The notes beneath the pieces were generated by a model. That model ran no database searches, was not told the origin of the DNA, and saw only the letters and a list, made by a program, of their open reading frames with translations. A program made the position numbers and the translations under genes. This document shows, piece after piece, positions 20,030-30,440 of a stretch of 59,889 nucleotides of DNA (positions are counted from its first letter, which is position 1; every line of letters begins with the position of its first letter). The DNA is from Thermoplasmatales archaeon SM1-50 (lineage in GTDB: Archaea; Thermoplasmatota; E2; DHVEG-1): the NCBI GenBank assembly GCA_001595945.1, contig LSSI01000015.1, positions 1-59,889 on the forward strand, given 5' to 3'.

Positions 20030-21790
20030 TTACCATTCAGAAATCTTCTCTTTTAAAATTTTTACTGCATCAATGAGGAAGTCTCTATTAAACTGTCCAA
20101 TTGGTGTTGGAGTATCAAAAATACGATTTGGTATATGATAGTCATCTATGTGAAAACCTTCACGGGTTTTAAATTTATATTTTTCATGATGTATCTCCTC
20201 CCCTATTTTACGAAGATCATTCTCTGTAAGGTCATATCCCACCGAATGCAAGGTGTTTCTCACGATCTTCGGAGTGTATACTCCCCGGGCAAAAAAACAA
20301 ATCGTAAGACTTGAGAGAATTTGACGCCAATATTCCTCTGTTAATAACTGCTCAACGAGTTCTGTGGGGGTAAGATGACGATTTACAAGGATTTTTTGAT
20401 CGATGCCATATCCTGCATTGTCAAGATGGCTATGGCGTGCACCAATAAACACTCCGATATGAGCTGCAGGTCCTGTGTGATAGCCAGGCATTTCATTTCC
20501 CATAAAACTTAGTGCAAATTCTTTTCCTCCGTATTGAGACGCGGCATAGTCTACCCCCTTGGCAAGAGCGTGGAAAAACTCATTTGTTTTGTTAACAATG
20601 GATTTTACAGCTTCTATATAATTTTTATAGTCTCCCCATCGAAGTTGAATTCCATTTGTTTCATTCTGCGTAATTATGCCTTTTTCAAAGGCTTCAGTTG
20701 CCCAGGCTAAAACCACTCCTGTGCTCATTGAGTCAAGCCCTCTTTTTTCCACTTCATCCATCAGTTTGAGGTAGCTTTCTGGTTCAGAAATCCCAAGTAT
20801 GGTCCCTAATGCGTACATAGGTTCGTAATCATAACAGATCATTGAGGTTTTGTAGAAGTATGGTTCATCTCCATAGGGTTCACGTAACGCAGCGATATGG
20901 ATACAACCAATTGGGCAGTGAGAGCAGGCAAGTCGTCTGCCCAAGTACTCTCGAGCCATTACCTCTCCTGAGATTTTTTGAGCATCTTCAAACCTTGTTA
21001 ATTGTAGATTTTTTATTGGAAGACCACCGATTTCATTTAACGGGAGAATATTCTCAGCCGTGCCGAGATCATGATATTTCTGCATTACTGGGGAATTCAC
21101 CGCTGATTGATACACATCATCATACAATTTTTGATATGAAGTCTTATCTTTGATATTCAATGAATGTTTACCTGAGATTACAAGTGCTTTAAGTCTTTTA
21201 CTTCCAAACACAGCGCCAAGCCCTAGTCGACCAAAATGTCGATAGGTTTCGGTTGTTACCGACGCATAGGTTACTTCTCGTTCACCCGCGCTGCCGATGC
21301 GCATAATCGTCCGTAGTCCGGAGCCTGGTTCGTTTTCACGGATGATTCGACCAACAGTAAAGACGCTTTCCATTCCCCAGATAGTGGACGCATCGCGAAA
21401 ATGTATTTTGTCATTATGGATTGCTAAATAGGTTGGGTTGCTACTTCTGCCTTTGATGACGATCGCACCATACCCTGCTAGACGAATGGCGATAGCACTT
21501 CGACCTCCGCAATGACTTTCCCCAAGGTTCCCTGTGTGAGGGGATTTGAACATGGCGATTGTTTTTGATGCTAGGGGAAACAACCCTGTCAATGGTCCTA
21601 TTGCAAGGATAATAGGATTTTCTGGTGAAAAGGGATCACATCCAGGGGGGCACTGTTCTTTGAGTAATTGAATTGCAACTCCTGTGCCACCAAGGTATTG
21701 TTCAAATACCTCTGGTCTTTCTTCTATCCAGAACTTGTTATTCGATAAATCAATATAAAGAATATTGGACGGGAGATACGAGGAATTCAT
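20030..21790 (-). CDS. aor: Tungsten-dependent aldehyde:ferredoxin oxidoreductase family protein
   Basis: GGTGVA, FKSPHTGNLGESHCGG, GLGAVFGSKRLKA, CSHCPIGC, GLDSMSTG. 586 aa. Confidence 0.93.
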   Translation of the reverse strand: MNSSYLPSNILYIDLSNNKFWIEERPEVFEQYLGGTGVAIQLLKEQCPPGCDPFSPENPIILAIGPLTGLFPLASKTIAMFKSPHTGNLGESHCGGRSAIAIRLAGYGAIVIKGRSSNPTYLAIHNDKIHFRDASTIWGMESVFTVGRIIRENEPGSGLRTIMRIGSAGEREVTYASVTTETYRHFGRLGLGAVFGSKRLKALVISGKHSLNIKDKTSYQKLYDDVYQSAVNSPVMQKYHDLGTAENILPLNEIGGLPIKNLQLTRFEDAQKISGEVMAREYLGRRLACSHCPIGCIHIAALREPYGDEPYFYKTSMICYDYEPMYALGTILGISEPESYLKLMDEVEKRGLDSMSTGVVLAWATEAFEKGIITQNETNGIQLRWGDYKNYIEAVKSIVNKTNEFFHALAKGVDYAASQYGGKEFALSFMGNEMPGYHTGPAAHIGVFIGARHSHLDNAGYGIDQKILVNRHLTPTELVEQLLTEEYWRQILSSLTICFFARGVYTPKIVRNTLHSVGYDLTENDLRKIGEEIHHEKYKFKTREGFHIDDYHIPNRIFDTPTPIGQFNRDFLIDAVKILKEKISEW

Positions 21791-22197
21791 TGTTTAACCT
21801 CCCTTGTCTTTTCAAGTTTTAAGACACCATGGGGACAGAATTTTACGCAATATCCACAATGAATACAAATCATTGGTTTGTCACGTTCATCATTCCAAAA
21901 AACCGCTCCAATTATACAAGCATCTTTACAGCGGCCACACCCAATACATTTAGCGATATCTAATTTTACTCCGCCGCCATCTCTTGGCGTCAGGGCATTG
22001 GTTGGACATATCTTTGCACATGGGGGGTTATCGCAGGCTCTGCAGACTATAACCATAAACCCTCGTTCCATCCCTCCAATGGATTTAACACCCAGACAGC
22101 TACTTGCTAACCCTCCCTCCTGTTGTCTCCGGGAACAGGCGAACATGCAACTCTGACAACCAATACATCTCTCTGTGTCTACCACAGCTAATCTCAT
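21787..22197 (-). CDS. 4Fe-4S dicluster (DmsB/HydN-like) electron-transfer subunit
   Basis: CIGCQSCMFAC, CRACDNPPCAKICP, CIGCGRCKDAC, CIHCGYCVKFCP. ATGA overlap with aor. Confidence 0.93.
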   Translation of the reverse strand: MRLAVVDTERCIGCQSCMFACSRRQQEGGLASSCLGVKSIGGMERGFMVIVCRACDNPPCAKICPTNALTPRDGGGVKLDIAKCIGCGRCKDACIIGAVFWNDERDKPMICIHCGYCVKFCPHGVLKLEKTREVKQ

Positions 22198-22570
22198 AGT
22201 GGACGCCATCAGTTTCATTAATCTTTTCAATGATTTAGTTTTTTTGGATACCGGGTACATAAAAACATATGCGTTGGATTATTATCTCATTCACGCTGAT
22301 ATTCCTAATAAAAATAAAAGAAATGCCTGTTCATTTGAACACAGAAGAAATAGAAAAAATACTTCTAAAATACTCTCCATTATTTTATTTGAAGTATATG
22401 TTTTTCTTACACAAATCCTATCTGTTTTTCTGGGTTAATGTCATACCTCATCACATTCAAAATATTCATCGGAACTTGTGTTTATAAAAATTATCAGTTA
22501 TTAAGAAACAAAAGAGGACACGAGATGTGAACCTTTTTTTGTGTTCTTCTGCATACATTTTCAATAATAA

Positions 22571-22610
22571 AATTGACTATCATTTTTCTCCTTATAATTG
22601 ACTATCAATT
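22571..22610. promoter_or_regulatory. Tandem palindromic operator-like sites upstream of the aor operon
   Basis: AATTGACTATCA at 22571 and 22596. The second copy forms AATTGA-CTA-TCAATT. Confidence 0.4.
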
Positions 22611-23243
22611 TTTTCTTCTGTAATCTACAGAGCTCCAATGAAACTCTTAACCCAAAGGGTGAAACACAGCAGGCAGCTGCATAAGGTCTTAAAGAATCAT
22701 TATTCAGTGGGAGATGAAATAATATATGCCATTACATCATAGTCTATTTTTATGAGAATAGCAACGATCTTCATCTTATAGTCATCGGAGAGTCATCGGA
22801 GCTGTTCAACAGAGTTGTACCCACTTTCCTTACTTAAAAGAGGATAATATTTTCGTTACCCTCAGTCGAGGTTTAATAACGATGGCGAAACTTTCGCTTA
22901 GTTGTAGAGTTAGTTGGTCAGATGAAAACAGTCTCATGATTAAAGCAGCTGGTGGACGTCTATGGTTTGAAATGGGAGTTGTTTCGCACTCAAACCTTGT
23001 GGCATCCTTCGATTTACACAAAAACCATGTCAATACTTAACTTCACACTTTTTTTGTCCATGATATTCTATAAAAAAAACAAATCTTGATAAATCGTTTT
23101 AGTGCTTTATTGTTACAAATATCATCTTATCTTTTTTTTATACAAATTCTTCGATTTATATTCATTAGATTTATTCCATATAATATACAAATGAAAAATA
23201 TTAAATACATGACATGCATTAGCATTATCATTGGAGGAATATT

Positions 23244-24167
23244 ATGAAGAAAATTATGGCACTTGTAATAGTAGGATTAGTATCCTTCTGTGGACTTCAG
23301 GCAGCTGCAATACCATTTAATTTCGATACAACCAATATTCAAACATGGCAGAACCTGCCCCAAGAATCTCTTTTCTATCCAGATGATCTAGACCAATCAC
23401 AGGAGTTAATGAACTGGTTTGGACCAATTGGACCTGGCCCGCTGTGGGGTTTTGCAAATTATATTCTTGCTCAATCGTTTACACCAACAAAAAATTTACT
23501 TACCAAAATTGAGCTCATGGTAGGGAGAAATTCAACAACGACCTATGATATTACTGTTGCTATACGGGATGATCTGAATGGATCAGATCTGTCCTCTAAG
23601 AGTCTACCCTCATCAGAAATTATCGTTGAGAACTTCAGCTGGGCGGAGTTTGACATCCCAGATCTCATGGTAACACCTGGAGATACCTACTATATCGTTG
23701 TATCCACCGTAAATGTTACTAATAATTGGTATGTTTGGGGTTTCTATACAAATGGTTCGATTTATCCAAATGGCACGGTTTATTATTCGATAGATGATGA
23801 GGCGACATGGGAGGAAGAGCCTGGTGGTGATACGACCTTTAGAACATATGGGACAGATGCAACATTACTTAATCTTTCTATTACAGGTGGTATCGGTGTA
23901 TCTGTGAGTGCAAAAAATGATGGCTTAATTAATGCTGATAATGTGAAAACAGAGATTTCTATTCAAGGCGGTATACTTGGTTTGATTAATATCTCAGCTG
24001 AGGATAATACTTCTTTATTATTACCTACAGAAAGCCTTGTTACAAAAACACAACCACTTGGATTAGGACCAATGACCATTGTCGCAACAACTCGAGCAGA
24101 TAATGCGGAAGAAGTAACAAAAAACCAAGACGCATTAATCCTGTTATTCTTTGTGATCATCCGATAA
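23244..24167 (+). CDS. Secreted protein with 'AQSF' (choice-of-anchor R-like) domain + C-terminal Ig-like module
   Basis: Signal peptide, YILAQSFTPTKNLLTKIEL and C-terminal GGIGVSVSAKNDG...LILLFFVIIR. Confidence 0.8.
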   Translation: MKKIMALVIVGLVSFCGLQAAAIPFNFDTTNIQTWQNLPQESLFYPDDLDQSQELMNWFGPIGPGPLWGFANYILAQSFTPTKNLLTKIELMVGRNSTTTYDITVAIRDDLNGSDLSSKSLPSSEIIVENFSWAEFDIPDLMVTPGDTYYIVVSTVNVTNNWYVWGFYTNGSIYPNGTVYYSIDDEATWEEEPGGDTTFRTYGTDATLLNLSITGGIGVSVSAKNDGLINADNVKTEISIQGGILGLINISAEDNTSLLLPTESLVTKTQPLGLGPMTIVATTRADNAEEVTKNQDALILLFFVIIR

Positions 24168-24498
24168 CCCCCCTTTCTTTCATTCATTTTTTTCGTTCGC
24201 ACAAAAAATAGTAGTATTTGTATCTCCGTAAAACCGTGTCATTGTTTTTCTCTATTTCACCTGCTCTAAGATTTTTATTTTTTCCTTTTGATGATATTGA
24301 ACACTTGTTATCCATTTTTAGATAAGGATATGTTTTAAAGAAGTGAATCATCTTTAGATACCAATAACTCTTAATCATTATTTCATTTTATGACAATAAA
24401 CGAAACGTAATATACGATTTACCTACCACCCAAATCAATATAAATAAATCAACAATGTAATAAATTAAAATTACATAGACTGGAAGGAGAGATAGAAA

Positions 24499-25020
24499 AT
24501 GGATTGGAAATCTCGATCAGCGTATGTTTTTATAAAAACAACAAAAGGAAAAGCAGAGCAAGTCTGGGAACAGTTTCATAACTGGGACAATGTCATCGGC
24601 TCATGGATTGTCACTGGAGACTGGGATGTAATTGTATGGTTTGACGCCCAAGACTGGGATACTGTTCATCAATGTGTCTCAACAATAAAAAGCTGGAACG
24701 AAGTCGATCAGACAAGCTCACACATGGTGTATTCTGGCCATAAAACCGATGCCTGGTGGTGGGAAAAACCTGCTGGTGCATGGATGTTAATTAGAGAGAA
24801 AAACCTTGATGTCACTCCAGAGAAAACAAAAAAATGGAATTGGATTACAAGCGGTGCGAGTATTCCCGGAGATTGGGATTATATCTCATGGATCCAAGGG
24901 GAAAACTGGGAAGACCTCTGGAATCATGTATTACAAGTAAAAAAAGAAGATTGGGAAACATCTACATATGTTCCGGTTAAATCTTGGTGGAATGAAAAAT
25001 GGAAATCGCAATGGTGGTAA
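24499..25020 (+). CDS. Trp-rich tandem Lrp/AsnC ligand-binding-domain protein without HTH
   Basis: AYVFIKT...VTGDWDVIVWF and a second copy PGDWDYISWI. 24 Trp in 173 aa by hand count. Confidence 0.75.
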   Translation: MDWKSRSAYVFIKTTKGKAEQVWEQFHNWDNVIGSWIVTGDWDVIVWFDAQDWDTVHQCVSTIKSWNEVDQTSSHMVYSGHKTDAWWWEKPAGAWMLIREKNLDVTPEKTKKWNWITSGASIPGDWDYISWIQGENWEDLWNHVLQVKKEDWETSTYVPVKSWWNEKWKSQWW

Positions 25021-25161
25021 ACACTACCTTTCTTTTTTATTTTTTTGATTAGCATATAACAATCTGTTCTAAGTCAGTATATTAAAAAGCTAAATCCAAT
25101 GAATCTACAGATATTATAATAATCGTTATATTTCTTGTAACTTTTGTTACTATTAAAATTT

Positions 25162-25232
25162 GATGATAAATTATAAATACCATGATTGAATTTTAACTCT
25201 TGAACATGTTTTTTAGAGGGGGAAAGAAAACC
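25162..25232 (+). promoter_or_regulatory. Promoter/leader cassette shared with 13580-13651
   Basis: 35-bp identity to 13580-13614 and a similar downstream leader/RBS. Confidence 0.75.
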
Positions 25233-27044
25233 ATGAAAAAGGAAATATTACAAAGAAGTATAGCTCTTGGAATAATCATCTTACTTATCGGAGGAGGTGT
25301 GATACCATCTCTAGGAGATACCATTACGGAAAAGAACAAAATAAAACCAAGAATTAATGAAAATAACAAGTATGTCAGTTGTACCAGGAATGAACTAGAC
25401 GATGGAAGAAACGGCTGGAATCACACATTTGGAGGTAACTCCTATGATGAGGGCTATTCAGTCCAGCAAACCAATGATAATGGCTACATCATCACAGGTG
25501 CTACTTTGTCATTTGGTGCAGGAAACTGGGATGTTTGGCTGATTAAAATAGATACTACTGGAAGTGAAGAATGGAACCGGACGTTCGGAGGAAGCAATTA
25601 TGATAGAGGATCATCGGTTCAGCAGACCAATGATGGTGGATACGTCATATTAGGAGCCACATATTCCTATGGCCAAGGAGATTTTGATGTTTGGTTAATT
25701 AAAACAGATTCAGTGGGAAACGAGGAATGGAACTTTACATTTGGTGGTAGTAGTAGTGATTGGGGCTGTTCAGTCCAACAGACAAAAGATTACGGCTATA
25801 TACTCACAGGATACACGGACTCATATGGTGCAGGAAATTCAGATGTTTGGTTAATAAAAACAGATTCTGCGGGAAATGAAATCTGGAACTCTACATTTGG
25901 AGGAATCCAGTATGATAGAGGTTTTTCAGTTCAACAAACGACTGACAGCGGCTATATACTCACGGGATACACAGTCTCATATGATGCAGATGGAACCGGT
26001 TGTGATATTTGGTTGATTAAAACAGATGTAAATGGAATTGAAGAATGGCATCAGACATTTGGAGGAACCGGCATTTCTAATAAGTTTGATATGGCTTATT
26101 CAGTCCAGCAGACTAATGACGGTGGTTATATTATCATAGGTGATACAGAGATATATTTTGTAGCTGAATCAGATATTTGGCTAATTAAAACTGATGCCAA
26201 TGGAAATGAGGAATGGAACCGTATTTTCGGAGGTGTTACTGCTGATAGAGGACGTTCAGTTCAGCAAACCAATGACATGGGATACATAATTACAGGATGG
26301 ACAACATACCATAGAGGAGCAGACCCCGATCTTTGGTTAATTAAAACAAACTCCAGTGGAAACGAGGAATGGCAATATACTTATCGATATGGAGAAAACA
26401 GTAGTGATTGGGGGTATTCGGTGCAGCAAACCAATGACGCCGGTTATATAATTGTCGGAGCGACTATGCCTGATGGCTGGAACAACACTGATTCCTCACA
26501 ATCATATCGGCAAGAAGGCACCGATGTTTGGTTAATCAAAACCGCAAGTGAAAATCATCCGCCCATCAAACCAATTATTAACGGTCCTGCTTTCGGACGA
26601 GTGGGGGTACGTTACAACTTCACTATAGTGACAACAGACCCAGATGGAAATGAATGTTATTATCTCCTTGATTGGGGTGATGAAACGCAGAGCAGTTGGC
26701 TTGGTCCCTATCAATCAGGAGTACCCATACAAATCTCACATACATGGAATGAACCAGGAACCTATCTAATAAAAGGAAAAACGAAGGATATAAATGGAGC
26801 AGAAAGTGATTGGTCATCTGAATTTTTAATTACAATCGTCCAACTGAAAACAGCATTCTTCCTTGGAACCTTTACGAACATCAGCCAAACAGATGATCTC
26901 ATGATAATGTATATGCGATTCTTTATTGTGTTTCCATCTGATTCGATTTTTCATCAAGGAGGAATGATAGTTATCTGGAAGGAGTATCTTGGGTATATTG
27001 GACAAGCCTTTTGCCTTGGACGGGGAAATGTTGTAGTTCTCTAA
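25233..27044 (+). CDS. Secreted 7-repeat beta-propeller-like protein + PKD + 'AFxxG' C-terminal module
   Basis: Seven W..TFGG..D.G.SVQQT.DGGYII.G...DVWLIKTD repeats, YLLDWGDE PKD and AFFLGTFTN tail. Confidence 0.88.
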   Translation: MKKEILQRSIALGIIILLIGGGVIPSLGDTITEKNKIKPRINENNKYVSCTRNELDDGRNGWNHTFGGNSYDEGYSVQQTNDNGYIITGATLSFGAGNWDVWLIKIDTTGSEEWNRTFGGSNYDRGSSVQQTNDGGYVILGATYSYGQGDFDVWLIKTDSVGNEEWNFTFGGSSSDWGCSVQQTKDYGYILTGYTDSYGAGNSDVWLIKTDSAGNEIWNSTFGGIQYDRGFSVQQTTDSGYILTGYTVSYDADGTGCDIWLIKTDVNGIEEWHQTFGGTGISNKFDMAYSVQQTNDGGYIIIGDTEIYFVAESDIWLIKTDANGNEEWNRIFGGVTADRGRSVQQTNDMGYIITGWTTYHRGADPDLWLIKTNSSGNEEWQYTYRYGENSSDWGYSVQQTNDAGYIIVGATMPDGWNNTDSSQSYRQEGTDVWLIKTASENHPPIKPIINGPAFGRVGVRYNFTIVTTDPDGNECYYLLDWGDETQSSWLGPYQSGVPIQISHTWNEPGTYLIKGKTKDINGAESDWSSEFLITIVQLKTAFFLGTFTNISQTDDLMIMYMRFFIVFPSDSIFHQGGMIVIWKEYLGYIGQAFCLGRGNVVVL

Positions 27045-27178
27045 GAATCCTGCGTCTTTTTTTATTTTTCATTTTGATCTTGGATAAAAAAAACCACTTG
27101 TGTTTCAGAAGTTGTAATAATACTTCTACTTCTCTAAGAGTATATTCTTAAAGAAAGGAATTAATAAAAACTGATATT

Positions 27179-28573
27179 TCAAATAACATTCCGGATACAT
27201 CCGGGATCAGACGCTAAATAATCTCCAGTATATCCATAGGCACGTGCACGGCATCCACCACAATAATATCGATACGTACATTGACCACAATTTCCCCGTA
27301 ATATATCCTTATTTCTCAAATTTTTCAGAACTATATTATTTCTCCAGAGATTTTCAAAATCATCTTCTTTAATGTTTCCAACTTTCAATGGAAAAAAAAC
27401 ACAAGGTTCAATATCTCCATTTGGACGGATGGCACAATATACTCTCCCGCACCCACATCCCCCGATAAACTCAGCGAGATTCACCAGTTTGCCGGTAAGG
27501 GAGGGATTTGCAAAATGAGTCGGAACAATTTTTTCATTTTCTCCAATTTCTGATTCTAACGCTACTCTTGCAAACTGCGGTGCCGTGGAAAGCACGTTTA
27601 TTTTTTTATCATCTTTTAACCGCCTCCATAAATCTTTGAGTACCTGCTCTCTTTCCATGGGGCTTAAATCATTTTCTACGATGAATATCCCCCGGCCGGT
27701 TGGGACAAAATTATACGCCATAAACCAATTCACCCCAAGATTTTTACAGAGATCAATAATCTTAAGAATCTCCATATAATTATATTTTGTAATCGTAGTT
27801 GCAATATTTACAAAAAATCCTTCTTCGATACAGATTTTAATACCTTGTATCGTCTTTTCAAATGCTCCATTAACCCCTCTAAAATCATTATGAGTCTCTG
27901 CTGATGCACCGTCAAGGCTGATTTGAACAAAACGAATACCTGCTTGTTTCATCTCCTGGGCTTTTTCTTTTGAAATCAAGGTCCCATTTGTTGCGATGGC
28001 GACATATATTCCTTTCTCAAGCGCATACTTAGCCAATTCAAAAATATCACTACGTACTAACGGCTCCCCACCAGAAAACGCGATTATAGGTACTGAGGCA
28101 TGATCAAGTTTATCGATAACAGTGAGAGCTTGCTCAGTTGTTAGCTCATCATCAAGAGATTTACCCGCATTCGCATAACAATGTCTGCATTTAAGATTAC
28201 ATTGATAGGTGATATCCCATACAACAAGGAAAGGCGCACCAGTAATAAATGGATGTTGTACACCAAACTGTGCTATACCAGTCAAAACATTTGCAAGACC
28301 CTTTCTCCAAGATGAATGACGGAATTGCTCTTTGAGCATCGTCGGTGTTATACCAAAAATATTTCCTCCTGTATTCAAAATCCTTTTCAATATTTTCTCA
28401 GCGAGTTTACATTTCATGCAAGCATCTTTCCGTAACCCGACATATAACTCTAAGGCCACTTCAACACAATTTTTACGACAAGTTTTACAAAAACCAAAAT
28501 GAGATAAAATAGTTCGAGTAAACGGATTACCTATCGTTAACCGCAAGAGTTGTATGGTTGTAACGAGCTCCAA
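27179..28573 (-). CDS. Radical SAM/SPASM-domain protein (NirJ/AhbC-D-like architecture) with N-terminal Cys-containing extension
   Basis: CNLKCRHC, SGGEPL, GCGCGR...PCVF, CGQC...CGGCRARA. Confidence 0.9.
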   Translation of the reverse strand: MELVTTIQLLRLTIGNPFTRTILSHFGFCKTCRKNCVEVALELYVGLRKDACMKCKLAEKILKRILNTGGNIFGITPTMLKEQFRHSSWRKGLANVLTGIAQFGVQHPFITGAPFLVVWDITYQCNLKCRHCYANAGKSLDDELTTEQALTVIDKLDHASVPIIAFSGGEPLVRSDIFELAKYALEKGIYVAIATNGTLISKEKAQEMKQAGIRFVQISLDGASAETHNDFRGVNGAFEKTIQGIKICIEEGFFVNIATTITKYNYMEILKIIDLCKNLGVNWFMAYNFVPTGRGIFIVENDLSPMEREQVLKDLWRRLKDDKKINVLSTAPQFARVALESEIGENEKIVPTHFANPSLTGKLVNLAEFIGGCGCGRVYCAIRPNGDIEPCVFFPLKVGNIKEDDFENLWRNNIVLKNLRNKDILRGNCGQCTYRYYCGGCRARAYGYTGDYLASDPGCIRNVI

Positions 28574-28757
28574 TTAATTCCTCCAAACCAATAACGCAAA
28601 AAATTGTTATGAATTGTTATAACCTACATTATGCTCTATTATTTTTGTCCCTTGATTTCGTGTTATCTTTATTCCTCATTTTGTATATTAAAGCATTTTC
28701 TTCTGTAATAAGATAACCTTGGAAAGAGCAGTAGTACCTTGGTTTTCACTCATTTTT

Positions 28758-29045
28758 CTAATGGACGTCAAGAAATTCCTTCCAAGGTGTAGCCAATACT
28801 GTTTCAGTGGATGAACGTCCATAAGCACGAATGATCATTGCAGCTTTTTCAACTTGTTTTGGATCATCTGCTTCAACGATATCAATGACATCGTAACGAC
28901 CCATAGTCGCATAGCTATTTTTCCATGTAACACCAGGACAATCGCTTTTTATTTTCTCAGCGACTTTGGCTGCTAACTGTTTAAACTCCTCAGGATTTGA
29001 AAATGCTTGAGGAGAAATTCGACAAAGAATAATATATGTTGCCAT
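28758..29045 (-). CDS. GYD-domain protein
   Basis: MATYIIL...YATMGRYDVIDIVEADD. 95 aa with a GAGGTGAGG RBS. Confidence 0.85.
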   Translation of the reverse strand: MATYIILCRISPQAFSNPEEFKQLAAKVAEKIKSDCPGVTWKNSYATMGRYDVIDIVEADDPKQVEKAAMIIRAYGRSSTETVLATPWKEFLDVH

Positions 29046-29308
29046 ACCTCACCTCATAATTAAAAAAAAACGAATAATGATTAATAAATTTTTTGTTGCA
29101 TTTTTTCTCTTTTTCAAATTGTCACGCATGTAAACTCAATTTTAAACGTTTAAATTCTCAACCAATTAGGATATTTTTTAAGGAACATAAGTCAATATGA
29201 TTTTTTAGATAAAGTCAATTGTATGGTTTTTTTACCATTGTTACCTTAATTAAAGGAAAAATATTAATATATGATATACATTAGCAATATATACGGGAGT
29301 ATGAAAGA

Positions 29309-29962
29309 ATGAATATACTAGTAAAGATTGGAAGTTTGTTTGTTATAGCACTTATAATATTAGTTACTTTTACCTCAGTTGTTGGATATCAGTCAGTACA
29401 GCCCAATGGAAAAAATCTATCTTCACCATTGTTTAATATCAGAACGCAACGTGCGATTGACAAAGTAAGCGAAAGGAGTATAACATCCGAATATCTTGGA
29501 AAAGGTAAAACTCTCTATCTTTTCACGTCATTGAAATCAGGATTTTCTTCACAGCTTGACAAAGCAATTAAATTTATAAACGATAATCCAGGAATCATTC
29601 AGAAACTCCTTGAGAGAATCTCAAAATCTCCGCAAATGATGCGTCTTTTCCAGCAGCATGGGTTAAGCATTACTCTGGTAAAACATACACTCGCTCAAAT
29701 TTCAGAGAATCCAGAGTTGCTAAAAAATCAATTGAATGAATTGAAGTATCCTGTTGATATTACTAATGATTCACAACCTCTTGGCTTGGATACTTCTAGC
29801 GTATTAGGTTGTTTTGTAACAGTCCTTATCCTTTTACCTCTTGCAATATTGATTGGTGTGCTTGTTGCTACAATTCTTGTCATAACCTGTTTCAACATTG
29901 GAAATTGTTTTGAAACCATTGTTCAAGCGATTTTAAATGGAATGCTACAAGGTTTAGATTAA
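29309..29962 (+). CDS. Secreted/membrane hypothetical protein with C-terminal hydrophobic helix
   Basis: Signal peptide ...TSVVGYQ, SSPLFNIRTQRAI and a C-terminal TM segment. Confidence 0.8.
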   Translation: MNILVKIGSLFVIALIILVTFTSVVGYQSVQPNGKNLSSPLFNIRTQRAIDKVSERSITSEYLGKGKTLYLFTSLKSGFSSQLDKAIKFINDNPGIIQKLLERISKSPQMMRLFQQHGLSITLVKHTLAQISENPELLKNQLNELKYPVDITNDSQPLGLDTSSVLGCFVTVLILLPLAILIGVLVATILVITCFNIGNCFETIVQAILNGMLQGLD

Positions 29963-30440
29963 CCATAAGAATAGAAATTTGATTTAATAGACGTTTCGTA
30001 TATTCTTTCTGTTTCTCCTTTTATTTCAAATTTTTTTGTGTTCAGAGTAATTGGGGACTCTCAAAATGAAAGGGCGGTATGATATGCAAAAGATAAAAGA
30101 AGCAGTGCGAAAAATGTTTTATTTTTACTTTAAATGTTTGGAAACGATAAAAATTCAGAAAGAAAAATGGGGGGAATAAAGGAAATGTTAGGTGAATTAT
30201 ATTTAAGGGAGGAAAGAAATGAAAAATAACTACATTTCCTATTTTTCCCCATATATACATAATAGTTAACAATCGTTAATAAACTTTTCTCCCAATTCAT
30301 TCCCAAATTTACCGAATTTGTTTAAAAAAACACATAACCTCAGTAATTGTAGGGGTGAAAAAACATTGGTAAGGTTTTAAAATTATTGAAATTAGTCTTT
30401 TGTATTCAATTAGATTGATAAAAAAGGAAAATATGAAATT

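Noticed and set aside
22780-23033. 11-bp tandem duplication (AGTCATCGGAG x2) and ORF 22830-23033 with faint resemblance to the HP..KP.ALI.RL region of DNA methyltransferases
   Set aside because: Key DPF.GSG and catalytic motifs are absent, so the resemblance is not supportable.
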